A stretch of DNA of 64,000 nucleotides from the human T2T-CHM13v2.0 reference genome, Homo sapiens. The notes under the pieces are model-generated. The model saw only the letters and a list, made by a program, of their open reading frames with translations, did not search any database and was not told the origin of the DNA. Position 1 is the first letter of the stretch; every line of letters begins with the position of its first letter. The position numbers and the translations under genes are program-made. The DNA is taken from NCBI RefSeq assembly GCF_009914755.1, contig NC_060934.1; one strand, written 5' to 3'. Shown piece by piece: positions 1 to 12,928 of the stretch.

Positions 1-559
1 CCAAATTTATCTTTTATATTTCCACATTCTAAATTTCTGGGCATTACTAATGGATTCTTTGTTTTGTTTCCTCACAAGATTTATTCTCCTCCAGGGAATA
101 GCCTACAGCTTTGATGAAGTTAACATGCTTTTCAGTGGATATATGTTTGCTTCTACGTCCCTAAAGGTGCAAATAAAAATAGTCAGTTTTATTGCTTTTC
201 AGATTATAGAGATTTAACATTTTATGGACTGGACTTTATGATTCCATCCCATGAATACCACAGGAACATTTTGCTCTATGTCACTCAGCAGAAAAAAGTA
301 TATTTTATTACTCCTAATCTACCTGCTAAATTACTGTTACTGTTAATGAATCAGCACATTTTGTATACTCATGTAAGAGTTGTATAGTGTTTCTTTTCAC
401 ATTTTATTTTCTAATACACATGAAAAAGTTCGGTTATGTACCTGGTGTAAGAAGATATACAATTTTTATCTCAAAAATAATTCATTAATAATAACCCTAA
501 TAATCCTAAAAGGCTACTCCCCCTGTCTTCACCCCCACTTCCACCCCCAGTGATCTGCC

Positions 560-870
560 GTGTGCCTTCTGCTTGCTATTACGTACAGATCTTTTTCAGG
601 GCTCTCCACTCTCTTCCATCAGTTTGCTTGCTATTTATCTACTTTTGCACCTATAACATAATGTTTTAATTGCTACAGTTTGAGTTCTCCCAACATATGC
701 TTTTGCAAGAATTGCTTGGCTATTCTTGGCATCTTACATGTGCAAATAAATTCAGATCAGCTTGTCAAGTTTCACCAAAAAAGTTTGGGATTTTTAGTGG
801 AATTGCTTTATATCTATATATCATGGGTCTATAGATATAAATGTAGATAGGTTAAAATTTGGAGGAAATT
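560..870 (-). mobile_element. Old L1M ORF2 fragment
   Basis: Antisense L1-like text 'ggctattcttggc...gatcagcttgtcaagttt...gggattttt agtggaattgc'; heavily diverged. Confidence 0.6.
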
Positions 871-1299
871 TACATTACATATAATATATACATATACATA
901 GAAAATTAAAATACATGAGAAATTATATATAAGGTGTGATGGAGTTAATGAAATTACACTATATTAAAATCATTGCTCTGTCCAGGAAGAAAAAACTAGT
1001 TAGTAATAGTCTTTGATATGTGAAAATTTCCTCTTGTGACCTTTTGTCAAAAGATTACTCTGAGATTTTAACTTTATTTACTTTCAAGTTTTCCTATGCA
1101 CCAGAATGGCTTAAGAGCTGCTAGAGATAAGCTATTTGGTGGCATAAAGAGAAGCCTAGTAGTGGAAATTAAAAGATCTGTCATGTAGACAGACAAGGTA
1201 CTGCCAGGCTACATCGCCACAGGGAGAAAACAGACAAAAATGGTGGGTAAAGAGAATAGCGATGGGGCGACAAATATGTCTAATTAATGTACCCGATAA

Positions 1300-3500
1300 T
1301 ATAGCCTTATAGTGTATAGAAGTAAATTAAAATAAATAAAACAGAAAATTGATAAATCCAAAATCACAGTGAGAGAGTTAATGCAACTGTGGCAGTTTAG
1401 ACAGCACATATAGATTAAAAAATTTATAAGCATATAGGAGATTTGTTAAATCTAACCAATAACTCAATTGAATTGGCCTTTATAAAATACTGCACCCCAA
1501 AACTGAAGGAAAATAGCTTTTAAATTACATATGAGTTATATGCCAAGCCAACTGACCATATGTCTGATGACAGAGCAATTTCAAGAATTTTTAAAAGATG
1601 AAATCATATAAATTATGTTCTTTGGCTGTAGTTGTATTATTCTATAAAAAAATAAGCAAAGCCAGCTAGAAAAACCCCATGTATTTGGAATTTATGAAAT
1701 ATATGAGTCCAGAAAAACCATAATGGAAATTAGAATATATTTAAAATTAATTTATTATAAAAAGAATATCTATAAAAACAAAAAAATAAAGCCATAATTA
1801 GTGGAACCTTTACAACCTTAATTATGTTAGGAAAGAAAGGCTAAAGATAATTGAGCGAAGCATTCCTCTCAAGAAGCTTGAGAAAGAACAGTGAAGAAAG
1901 ATAGAAGGAAGAAAATAATATTAGAAATTAATGTAAAAGTAAGTAAATATATAACAGGATAAACAAAGCAAAAACTTGGTTAATTGTAAAGATAAATAAA
2001 GTTGGTGCATCTCTAGTGAGAAGATGAAGAAAGAGAAAGCATAATATCAGTAATAAAAAAAGGCATCACTGCGGGTAATTTAGAAATTAAGATAATATAA
2101 ATATATTATGCTAATAAGGTAAAAATTTATGGTTAACTATGCATGTATACAAGATAAATATTAACTCAAGAATAAATAAAAAAGAAATCATCATATTATC
2201 ATTAACTGCATTGAGAAAGAAGTGAAGTATTTTTTAAATAAAAACTTAGGTCTCAGATAGTTTCCTTAGCAAATTTTGCCAATTTTTCAAAGATGATTCT
2301 CCATATCAAACAAATTCCTTCAATAAATAGATCAAGAGAAAACATTCCAAAACTCAATCCATGACACTATCATAACCTGTCACAAAAATTTAAAAATATA
2401 CAAGATATGCAAAAAATACATTAAATTTTTACTCATGGATATATATATATGAATATTCCTAAACAAAATATTAGCAATGTGCCATTTAGCAGTATATGAA
2501 AAATGAGTTTCTAAGATAAGTTTATACCCAGAATGCAAGGTTTGTTTAATATTGGAAACTAATTAATATCAGTCAAAACATTAACAGATCACAGAGAATA
2601 GAAATATATGAAAATTTTAATGGTTATCAAAAAAGCACTTGATAATTTCAACAGCCTTTTATAATAGATAATTTAGCATATTTGGGCCTCAAAAAGTCCT
2701 TTCAATGTAAGTGTATGCCAATAAAATATAGAGCAAGCTTCAAACTTAGTGTTGAATCATTGAAAGTCATCACAACTGTAGAAGTCCTACAAATCAAAGG
2801 AAAAGAGATAACTCAGTAGGAAAAAGAACTACAATTTGAACAAACTGTAATAGGAAATCCAAACCAATATATATATGAAAGTAATCATTAATAATCAGGG
2901 ATTTGAACATTACAATCACAATTCAGAACAATACATACTATATTGGCAAAAGCTATAATTTTGACACTAACAAGTGGTGGTGGCAGGTACATGGAGATAT
3001 GGGAGTTCTCACATACTGCTATCAGAGTATAAATGTGTACATTTGTGAAACAGTATGACATGAGTGATTTAGAAACTACTCATATTCTATGGCTCAGCAA
3101 GTCTGTTTCTATCAGATGCTGTAAAGAAATATATGCACATTTTCACCAGGAAAATATGCAGAAGAATGTTCATAGCACCATTTTTCTTAACTCCAAACTA
3201 GAAAGAATTTAACTATCCTAAACATTCAAATGGGCAAGTAAATTGCTGCCTGTGGAATATTACAAACAAGTCAAATAAATATAAAATAAATAGCTCAAAC
3301 AACAAGTTTGAATCCAAGAAACTGAATGTTGAGCCAAAAAAGCAACACATGAAAAAATCCGTAGAGAATATTTCCATTCATGTCATGTTCAAACTGGGCT
3401 ATTCTAAGTATGTCATTTAGGGATGGCTTCATAGCTTGTAAAAGTAAGATGAAAGGACAGTATTGTCACAAAAGTCAGGATTTGAGTACCTATTGAGGAC
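1300..3500 (+). mobile_element. Old L1M (L1ME-like) ORF2 and 3' region, fragmented
   Basis: A-rich sense-strand L1 motifs, e.g. 'cccagaatgcaaggtttgtttaatatt' and 'agaatgttcatagcacca'; no intact ORF. Confidence 0.7.
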
Positions 3501-3759
3501 TAAGAGCTATAGGGAATACACAGTTAGGTGAGTTTAGTTATCACATCAGAAGTCAAGACTCTCAGAGGATACAGCCTTTTAACTGCGAAAACCAAGTGAA
3601 GAATAAGCCTGGAATGGAAATGAGAAACTATTGTTATTGCTGTTTGTGTCTGAAACACAAGGAAAATAAGGCATACAGACACTTGGAAATTCACAGTAGT
3701 AGAATACCTACACTCATTAAATGAGAGATAATGGATAGAACTGCTGTGACAGGTGTCTT

Positions 3760-3889
3760 CCAATTTATGCCTAGTGTTCCATTATTGGAACGCTAAGCAT
3801 GTGGGAGTTATTTATATCCTACTGCTCAAGGTCACTGCCAAGGTCTGATTGCAAAAATTCAAACAATTGCAACCTCAGGCATGAATGGG
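3760..3889 (+). mobile_element. MER85 (piggyBac/PGBD3-derived MITE)
   Basis: Termini ccAatttatgcct...aggcatGaatggg, internal palindrome GTTCCATTATTGGAAC (3776-3791), TTAA just beyond the right end; matches the MER85 consensus as I recall it. Confidence 0.9.
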
Positions 3890-4779
3890 TTTAAACACCC
3901 TTTCTCACTCAGGTGAGAGCAAGAAGTACTTTTGCTGGCCAAAACTCTGAAGATTGTTGCTAAATGAGTTGAGCCATCTTCCGGCCATCAATAAAGTGTG
4001 AATTTTTGCAGATCTCTTCACAGCATTTATAGTATTGACCATAAACTTTTTCTTATGTGAGCATTTGATGTGATTAATTATATTAATATATTTCCTGTAA
4101 TTGAAGTATATTTGAATTATTTGAATAAAATGCCTTGTTTACAGTATTTAATTTCATGAAACAATCAAGATCGAAGTCTAGCATTAGGGGAAGAATCTTG
4201 TCTCCTATTGAGGCTACAGTGTAAGCTTTTTGTCTGTGCAGGCTGGCCAGCCAGAATCTGTCTGCTTGATGTTGGGGGGGTGTGGAGGAAGGTTTCCCCA
4301 AACTTGCCAGTCCTAAGGAAGGACTACATTAGAATTTTGAAGAGCTTCTTGGTGTTCAAATTGGTAGCATCATTTTTTCACACACAGAGAAGCCAGTTTA
4401 TATAAAGTGGACTTCTGATAGCATCTCAGCCATGGTCAGCACATGCCTGTTCAGGGCTGGCCAACCAGAACTCACACAACTATGCCTGCCTGTCACCCCT
4501 TATCAATTGCCATAATTTCAGAGCTGTCAGCATCTCACCATGTGGAAGATAAAGAGACACACAATTATACATCAGCCAATGACTTACGTAGGGATGTCTA
4601 AAATGTGGGAGTAATACCATTCTGACTCACAGTCTCCTAAAAGAGACATAATGAAAGGAAGAAAGAGACCTTTATCACTCATTGTATTATTTTTTCTTTT
4701 GACTCTCTCTGAAGACTGAGGGTCTAACTATAGTTATCTCAAATGTTGCCCCCTCAACTAGGCCTAAACTGATTCTCAT

Positions 4780-5010
4780 ATTTAAAATTTTAAACTTCCA
4801 TACTGCTTACCCTGCATTTATGCCTTTCTAACTTACTGTTAATGTGTTTACTTATTATATTATAATGCTTAATATGTTTCCTCTTTCACTAGTCTATAAA
4901 CACTAAAAGAGCAAGATTGTCTGTTTTGTTCACTGGTTATTCTCAGCACCTGGAATAATGCTTGGCACACAGTACACATTTGATAAATATTATTTTATAG
5001 AATAAATGAA
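4780..5010 (+). mobile_element. L2 3' end
   Basis: 'ttgtctgttttgttcactg...ctcagcacctggaataatgcttggcacacagta...ataaata...taaatgaa' is a typical L2 tail. Confidence 0.7.
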
Positions 5011-5263
5011 CAGAAGTGTGAAATACTTTAAATTATACATATTATATACACATGTGTATATTGGTATGTGTACACATCTATTCATTCTGAACACCTAGAT
5101 ACACTTCATATTATATTGCATACTATATTTATGCTAGGAGTTATATTTGTACTGAGTGTATTTAATGTATGTTAATGTATGGTAGATATTTTTCTCATTT
5201 GCAATGCAATTTAAATAAAAATATATGTACTGTCTAGCTTAAACATAGTCAGCTGTGCTTTGT

Positions 5264-5572
5264 TTCTGTTTTTTTGTTTTTTGTTTTTTTTCTGAGGGAG
5301 TTTTGCTTTATTGCCCAAGCTGGGGTGCAATGGCGTGATCTCAGCTCACTGCAACCTCCTCCTCCTGGGTTCAAGTGATTCTCCTGCCTCAGCCTCCTGA
5401 GTAGCTGGGATTACAGGCACCCGCCACCATGCCCAGCTAAGTTTTTGTATTTTTAGTAGAGACAGGGTTTCATCATGTTGGCCAGGCTGGTCTCGAACTC
5501 CTGACCTCAGGTGATCCATCTGCCTCGGCCTCCCAAAATGCTGGGATTACAGGCGTGAGCCACTGTGCTCAG
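5264..5572 (-). mobile_element. AluS (Sq/Sp-like)
   Basis: Full dimer, T-rich tail, TSD agctgt(g/c)ctttgt. Confidence 0.95.
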
Positions 5573-7179
5573 CTGTCCTTTGTATCATTTTCATAAAGGA
5601 GGTAATTGTTATAGAATTCTGCAGGAAGAATAACCCAAACATTAGCTGATGCATGATTTTCTTTTTCTTTTTTTGCCACTATGACAAATAAAAGTTTAAG
5701 AAATCTATTATTCAGGGCTGTGGACAGATTACCAGATTGTGTGTAGAAAGAAAGTCTTGATGTTTTTTAAAAGACCTAATACAGTTATGCTTATTGTAGG
5801 CTGCGGGGAAAATTACTTCTAATAGGATTGCTCTGTCAAAAATTAAGCTACTTCATGAAGGAACATGCCAGAGGAGATGAAGGGGATGGAATTAATACAA
5901 CAGATAGCAGAAATAGCCCTGGTAAGATGGTTCAGTTCATTGTTATGGACAGGATGGGACATTCATAGCATGGCCAGTGAGCAAATATGAAGACAGCATT
6001 GTTTAGTCGAGTAAATATAGAAATGCAGAGTCTGATGTTTTTTATACCATTTGAAAAACCTTTCATTTTCCTTACAAACATTATTTTCCCAGTGGAGACA
6101 GGTTTTGGTTTAATTATTTTTCTAAAATTCAAAATGAGCAGTGTGAAGTCTAGAATAAACTTGCCAAAGTTTGCATCAGTCATTTGGTCTCGTTTAAATA
6201 TAGAACAAAATCATTTTAATGTAAGCTCTTGCTGATCAGACAGGTCTTTACACTTAGCCTAATGTAACTGAACAGGCATTCTCACATGTATCTATGTGAG
6301 TCTCTAAGTTAAGGTAATTCCATTTACATGTTTTATTTGAAAGCATTCTTTTTTCGTGAGCTTAGTCAACATAGAGCTCTTTAGGGTTCAGTAATTGTTA
6401 TCTAACAGCCTCTCTCATCATGTTTGACTGTGCATCATTTGAGTGAGTCAAGGTTGATTCCTGAAAGAGGCCCAGATGAACAGGGAAATGGTAGCTAGAT
6501 TTTATTGAGGAGGAAAAATAAGAAGTGGTCATACTGTGTATCCTGCTGATGTCTTTTCCCCATGTTCACTTTTGGTTTCCTCATTTAATAGCACTTTCAA
6601 TCCTGGCACTGCAAGTATGTACAAGGATTGATGTATTCCAACTCATTAAAAGACAGAATGCTAGAATTGTGTTTCCAATTCATTATTTTTGTAATTGTAC
6701 TTATGTTTGTTAATTAAATCACTGTTGTATACAGCAGGGTGTATTGGAAAAAGTGCAGCAAATCAGGTTTTGCATGGAACCATCACATTTACTGGAATAG
6801 TCACATTTAGAGATAATGAACAAAACCATGTTTTTGTCCCAGTTTTTAAAAGTAAACAGAGCAATAAAATTACTGAGTATGCTTGAATTTTTTCAAGGAT
6901 GGACATCTTAGCACACAAGAGGCCCATGAAATGGATCAAGAGACAGTACTACTCTGAATAGCAGAATAATACAGGTACTTGGCCAAATGTGCTGGGAACT
7001 GACTCAATTGGGGAGCTGGACCTCTGATTCAGACCTGAAGGGAGGATTTATTCATCACACAAATGAACAGAGAGTGGGGGTCTAGGCCCATATTCTGTCT
7101 GTTGACAAGTAAATTAATCAATTCATTTATTTTTTAGCAATCAAAAAATATATTTTGGAAAGAAAACATAGAGAAATTG

Positions 7180-7800
7180 ATTTCGATATAGTCATAAAGT
7201 CAGAATCAGAGCTTGACAAAGCAAACACAGAAACGTAAACTAGAAATAAAGAATATTTGAATAATATAGTAAGACTTAGGTAATAGATATATTTTATATT
7301 CTATTAACAGGAAATATGCCTTATTTTCAAGAAACAATGGAGTATATTTAAGGATTTCTAAAAATTCAGTCACTAAGGTACACATACAAAATAATTATAA
7401 TTTGTAAGCCATATTATCTAACTGTAGTACTAAAAAAGAAAATAACGATATAATGAAAAATTATATTGACTACAACAGAACTAGAAAATAATACTCATGT
7501 CAAGGAGACTATGACAAATTGAATTAAAGAATGTTTAGATAATTATGAGAACAGACACAGTTGATGATTATTAAAAGATGCTCAATTATGTGTTGAGGTG
7601 AATTAATAGTAGTAAATCATTTCTTTAATAAACTAAATGAGTTAGCATAAATGACCTAAAGTTTAAACTCAAGAATTAGAAAATGTAATTGATTTTTAAA
7701 AGTCAACTAAAGAAAACAAGAGGAAGAAATTGCTATGGATACATGGAAATGCGATGGAATTGAAAGCCAGGGAAAAAAATAGAATAGGTAAAATGTACGT
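7180..7800 (+). mobile_element. Very old L1M fragment
   Basis: A-rich L1 ORF2-like text 'aaatgacctaaagtttaaactcaagaattagaaaa'. Confidence 0.5.
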
Positions 7801-8133
7801 TGATTAATTAAAAATAGGATCCTAAACTGTAGTATGCTCTTTTCAATGTTAAAATTATCTATTGGCAAAGATTCATGTATCTTATTTTTCCTTCAATACT
7901 ACAGATCTCTTTTGTCTTCTAAGCTTCATGAAGAGTTAGGCTACGGATGTTGCCGAAAATTCAGAGTAAAGCAGGTCAGAGTGGAGAGTCCCACCACAAA
8001 ATGTGCCCCAGCAGAGTTAGAGGAGAGTTTCCCAAGTTGTCGAAGCCATGGTTCTCGCGTGCATGAATGAGGCACAGACACGTTCAGAGGTGCAAACTTC
8101 CACATTATGTTTTGTGAGAGTTATTTATTTCTA

Positions 8134-8255
8134 TTTAGCTATTTGACTTATTTTATTTGGAATTAATTTTTGTACATGTGTGGGGGTAGGAGGTCAAACT
8201 TCATTTTTTTGGATGTGAATCCAGCTTTCCCAGCACTGTTTCTTAAAATAAGAAA
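8134..8255 (-). mobile_element. Short L1MB fragment, near-identical to 13182-13262
   Basis: 81 bp with 2 mismatches to the L1 at 13182, followed by 'gtgaatccagctttcccagcac' L1 text. Confidence 0.85.
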
Positions 8256-8551
8256 AACTTAGTCGTACCATGAGGTGAAATCTACACACGCATTTGTCAA
8301 TCTGAATCAAAGGAGATTCCACAATTACTCACACACTGGTTAACTTCTTGGTCACTGCATTCATCAGTACCTTGTGTTTTAAGATTCTTCTGTAGAATAA
8401 TGAGTGCCAAAGTTGAAGAGGCCACATTAGAAATCATGAGCCATTTACAAACATATGTCTATAATCTTTTTATTTTTTGTAATAAAAATTAATACTCACC
8501 TTCTTTTGTACAGGATTTTAAGCTCTTGAAAGTTTATTTTCTTTTTGAATG

Positions 8552-8848
<297 letters not shown>

Positions 8849-9649
8849 TTGTGCATGTATTTAAATCCTACATGATAAATTCAGGTTCTCATAATGATAA
8901 TCAAGGTTTTGAAAATTATTTTGCTAATGGAGTTTTCTTTCAGGCATATTGTAATTTAATCTCGACATATTTACTTAATCATAAATATAAATAGCATCAT
9001 GGTTTAGGGATATTTACATATTTCTAGCTACAGAAGAAAGATAATACAATGTACCTGGCTCATTAAATATGAGAGTAAAGTCTGAGTATTTTGGCTTTTT
9101 GAGAAGTGCAGCCCATGATGGTAATTCTACAGTATGCGATGCCATAATCACATGATGGATGCAAGGAGTCTCATCTGGGGAATGGTAGACCATAGGTCAA
9201 TTGAAATTGTTTGAGGACTTATCAGAGATAGGTGCCTTTACTTTATAGACTGGATATGGATCAATACTGATCTGAGGAAAACTAGACTTTTTACTCAAGG
9301 AATTTGCTGCTTCTCTACATTGCAAAAAGAATGATCGCTTACATAAAAATCTGATTATTATACCTACTTAAAGATCTTCAATATTTCTAAATACTTATAA
9401 GACCAGGGTTATCCATTGGTATGCTGAAATTTATTGAGAATTAAGCCAAATTATTTTAATGCGTGGATTACATATACTCAGTTTTCATGTTCTTTCCGCT
9501 TCCAAATTGTCTGAAACTTTTAGGGTTTTCTTACAAAACGTGAGTGTAGAGAACCTCACAGGGTGAGAACATACATAAAGAACAGCTAATAACAATGTTT
9601 TTTGTTGTTTGAAGAGACTGTGTGCTTTTTAACTCCGACCATTCTACAT

Positions 9650-9858
9650 CTGTGCTGCCTTATACAAGAGCCTATTTTAATTGCCACGTGTGTCTCTTTA
9701 AATTTAAATTAATTAAAATCAAAGAAAATTCAAAACTTAGTTAACTCAGTCGCACTAGCCACAAGTTCATTAGCCATGTGTTAGTGGCTGCTCCATTGGA
9801 CAGATCAGATTATGAATGTTTCCATAATCAAAGTGAGTTGAACCATGACAGTACTGCT
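9650..9858. mobile_element. MER3-like hAT-Charlie MITE
   Basis: 'tttaaatttaaattaattaaaat...ctcagtcgcactagccaca...gtggctgctccattggacag' signature. Confidence 0.75.
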
Positions 9859-9869
9859 TTAGAATTTAG

Positions 9870-10217
<348 letters not shown>

Positions 10218-10595
10218 CTTTACTTTTTCACCATGTTGTATTCCTATTTGACATTCCCTCCTCTTGTACTGCTCCCATCTACTGAACTCTTGTCTTCCAA
10301 ATCTACCCTATTCTGCATAATGACTTTCTAGTTCTGCCTGTTGGTGGGACTCCCTTGAACTTTTTTTTTGTTGTTGTTATCCACTCTTTCCTTTGATTGG
10401 ACGCAGTTCTCTCAAATGACTGCATATGTTTGCTCTTCAGTGGATGTTTACTTGAATATCTTGATACATGTGCCACATTTCACTAAGCCACACCAAGACT
10501 CATCTCATAAAATATGGTATTTGTATTTTGTCACTCATGACCTTTTCACTTCCATATATTTTACAAAATAAATATAACTACTTTGGCAGGAAGCC

Positions 10596-10976
10596 TGCTA
10601 TGGTTTGAATGTTCCCCTAAAACATGGTGAAATTTAATTGCCAATATAATGGTATTGGGAGGTAGGGACTTTAAAAGATGATTAAGTCATGAAGGCTTTG
10701 CCCTCATGAATGTATTAATGCCTTATCATGGGAGTCAATTAGTTATTGAAGTGGGTTCTTGATACAAAAGACAAGTTTGGGCCTATTTCTCTCTGTCTCC
10801 CGCATGCTTACTTACCCTTCTGCCGTGTTATGACACAGCAAGGAAGCCCTCACTAGATGTGGCCACTCAGTCTTGGACTTCTCAGTCTCCAGAACCATGA
10901 GCCAAATAAACTTAGTTTACTTAAAAATTATCCAGTTTGCTATATTCTTTTATAGTGGCTGAAAATGAACACAGAC
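10596..10976 (+). mobile_element. ERVL-MaLR solo LTR (MST-like)
   Basis: Starts 'tgctatggtttgaatgt'; 'cttggacttctcagtctccagaaccatgagccaaataaa'. Confidence 0.85.
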
Positions 10977-11247
10977 TATTTTGTTATAATGTTAGTGATT
11001 TTTTTCTTTGCCTTTTAAAAAGAATGAAGAATTTTCCAGATGACTTGAAAAGATTAAAAAATCAGCTAATTACTATTCAGAAACACTTAATAGAATTATA
11101 ATAAATAGATCTAAAATTTTGGGTAGAAAGTTCTAGGAAATGAAGTATTCTTATTGATCGTCTTCCTAAATGGATCTGCATTTTGGACAAGCGCTTATAA
11201 TTATGCCTTTTATGAAACTCTTCTAAAATATACTTTGTTAAAACTTT

Positions 11248-11390
11248 TATTTATTTATTTATTTATTTATTTTTAGAGACAAGATCTCACTATGTTGCTC
11301 AAGTTGTCCTCGAACTCCTGGGATCAAGTGATTCTTCCACTACAGCCCCAGAGTAGCTGAGACTATAGGTGTATACCACCATACCAGGCT
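11248..11390 (-). mobile_element. FLAM (free left Alu monomer)
   Basis: Monomer length, (TTTA)n tail, TSD gttaaaacttt at 11237-11247 and 11394-11404. Confidence 0.85.
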
Positions 11391-11463
11391 TTAGTTAAAA
11401 CTTTGCCATAGCAAAAAGTGTTAATATTGACTGTGCTAGTTAAAACATAAGTGATAATTAAAA

Positions 11464-11543
11464 TGTTATCTTAACAAACTTAGTGTGTTATCTTAACAAA
11501 CTTAGTATGTTATCTTAACAAACTAAAATGTTATCTTAACAAA
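11464..11543. repeat. 21-22 bp tandem repeat, ~3.7 copies (tgttatcttaacaaacttagtg)
   Basis: Core tgttatcttaacaaa begins at 11464, 11486, 11508 and 11529. Confidence 0.95.
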
Positions 11544-11635
11544 GTTTAAGATAGAGATGTTTTGTCTAAAAGACATTTTATATCAATATATATATTCGTC
11601 ATCATTAGGAAATATTGTTCACTCATGAATAATTT

Positions 11636-11720
11636 CTTTTTTATTATTAAAAATTTTTTGTGAGTACATAGTAGGTGGATATATTTATGGGCTATATGAG
11701 ATATTTTGGTACAGGCATGG
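11636..11720 (-). mobile_element. L1MA 3' end fragment
   Basis: 'gtacatagtaggtggatatatttatggg...tgagatattttggtacaggcatg'. Confidence 0.75.
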
Positions 11721-11974
11721 TAATTTCTAGCTTATGATATCAGAAATACTGCTCCCCATCTTAGACATTGAGCATTTTCCCTAAAATCTAGTTGTTTTAA
11801 AAGTCGTGGAAACTACCAATGAGAAGGAAGAAAATGTAATTTTTCAACTTTGTACCTCCATACTCTATGTCTCTTTCCCAAAATGGGTAAATTGCTCCAA
11901 TGGTTTTATTATCTGTACTTCAAATCTAACTTCCAATTATTTATTTTAATATGTGTGAAAAATATTTTTGCTTT

Positions 11975-12885
11975 TATTTATTGAGATATAACTCACATAC
12001 AATGAAGTCTTCCCTTGTAAAGTGTACAAGTAAGTGTTGTTAAAGATATTCAAAAGGCTGTTCAATCAGCACCTCAAAAGGAAATCCAGTCTTTAGCAGT
12101 CATTTCCCATTCTTCCTTCCTGCTCATCTCCTGGGAACCCTGAATCCACTTTTTGTTTTTATAGATTTGCCTATTCTGGACATTTCAGAATGACTAAATG
12201 GAATAACACAATAGCGGCCTTTTGCATCTGGCTTCTTTCATAAGCATTTTAACAGAACGTTTTCAGGGTTTATCCATACTGTAGCAGGTATCAGCTGTTT
12301 TATTTTTAGGAATGAATAATATTTCATTGATTTGATTTATCATACTTTGTTTATCTATTCCTCAGTTGATGAGCATTTGGATTGTGTCTACTTTTTGGGC
12401 TATTATAAAATACTGCCATTAGGAATATTCATGTACATGTTTTGTGTAGATATATGTTTTCAGTTTTCTTGGATATATACATAGGAGTGGAATTGCTAGA
12501 CTATCTGGTAACTGTACATTTCAATTTTTGAGGGATTATCCAGCTATGTTCCAAAGTGGCTGTATATTTTTACACTTCCACCAGCAATTTATTGGGGTTC
12601 TAATTTCTCCAAACCTTGTCAACACTTGCTATTTTCTGTGTTTTTGATTATTGTCATACTAATGGGTGTGAAAGTAGCATCTTATTGTGGTTTTGATTTG
12701 CATTTCCCTAATGAATATTTATGTTATGTACCTTTTGCAAGCCCTTATTAGCCAGTTGTGTATCTTTCTTGGATGGATGTCTATTCAAATTCTGTGCCCA
12801 TTTTTAAACTAAGTTATTTCTGTTTTCATTATTGAGTCGTAACAGGTTTGTAGAAATATATTTTGGATCTATCTATCTATCTATC

Positions 12886-12928
<43 letters not shown>

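Noticed and set aside
5827-5880. Peptide IALSKIKLLHEGTCQRR* resembling the end of a Kazal domain
   Set aside because: I found no upstream Kazal-like exons and recognise no matching protein; too short to support.
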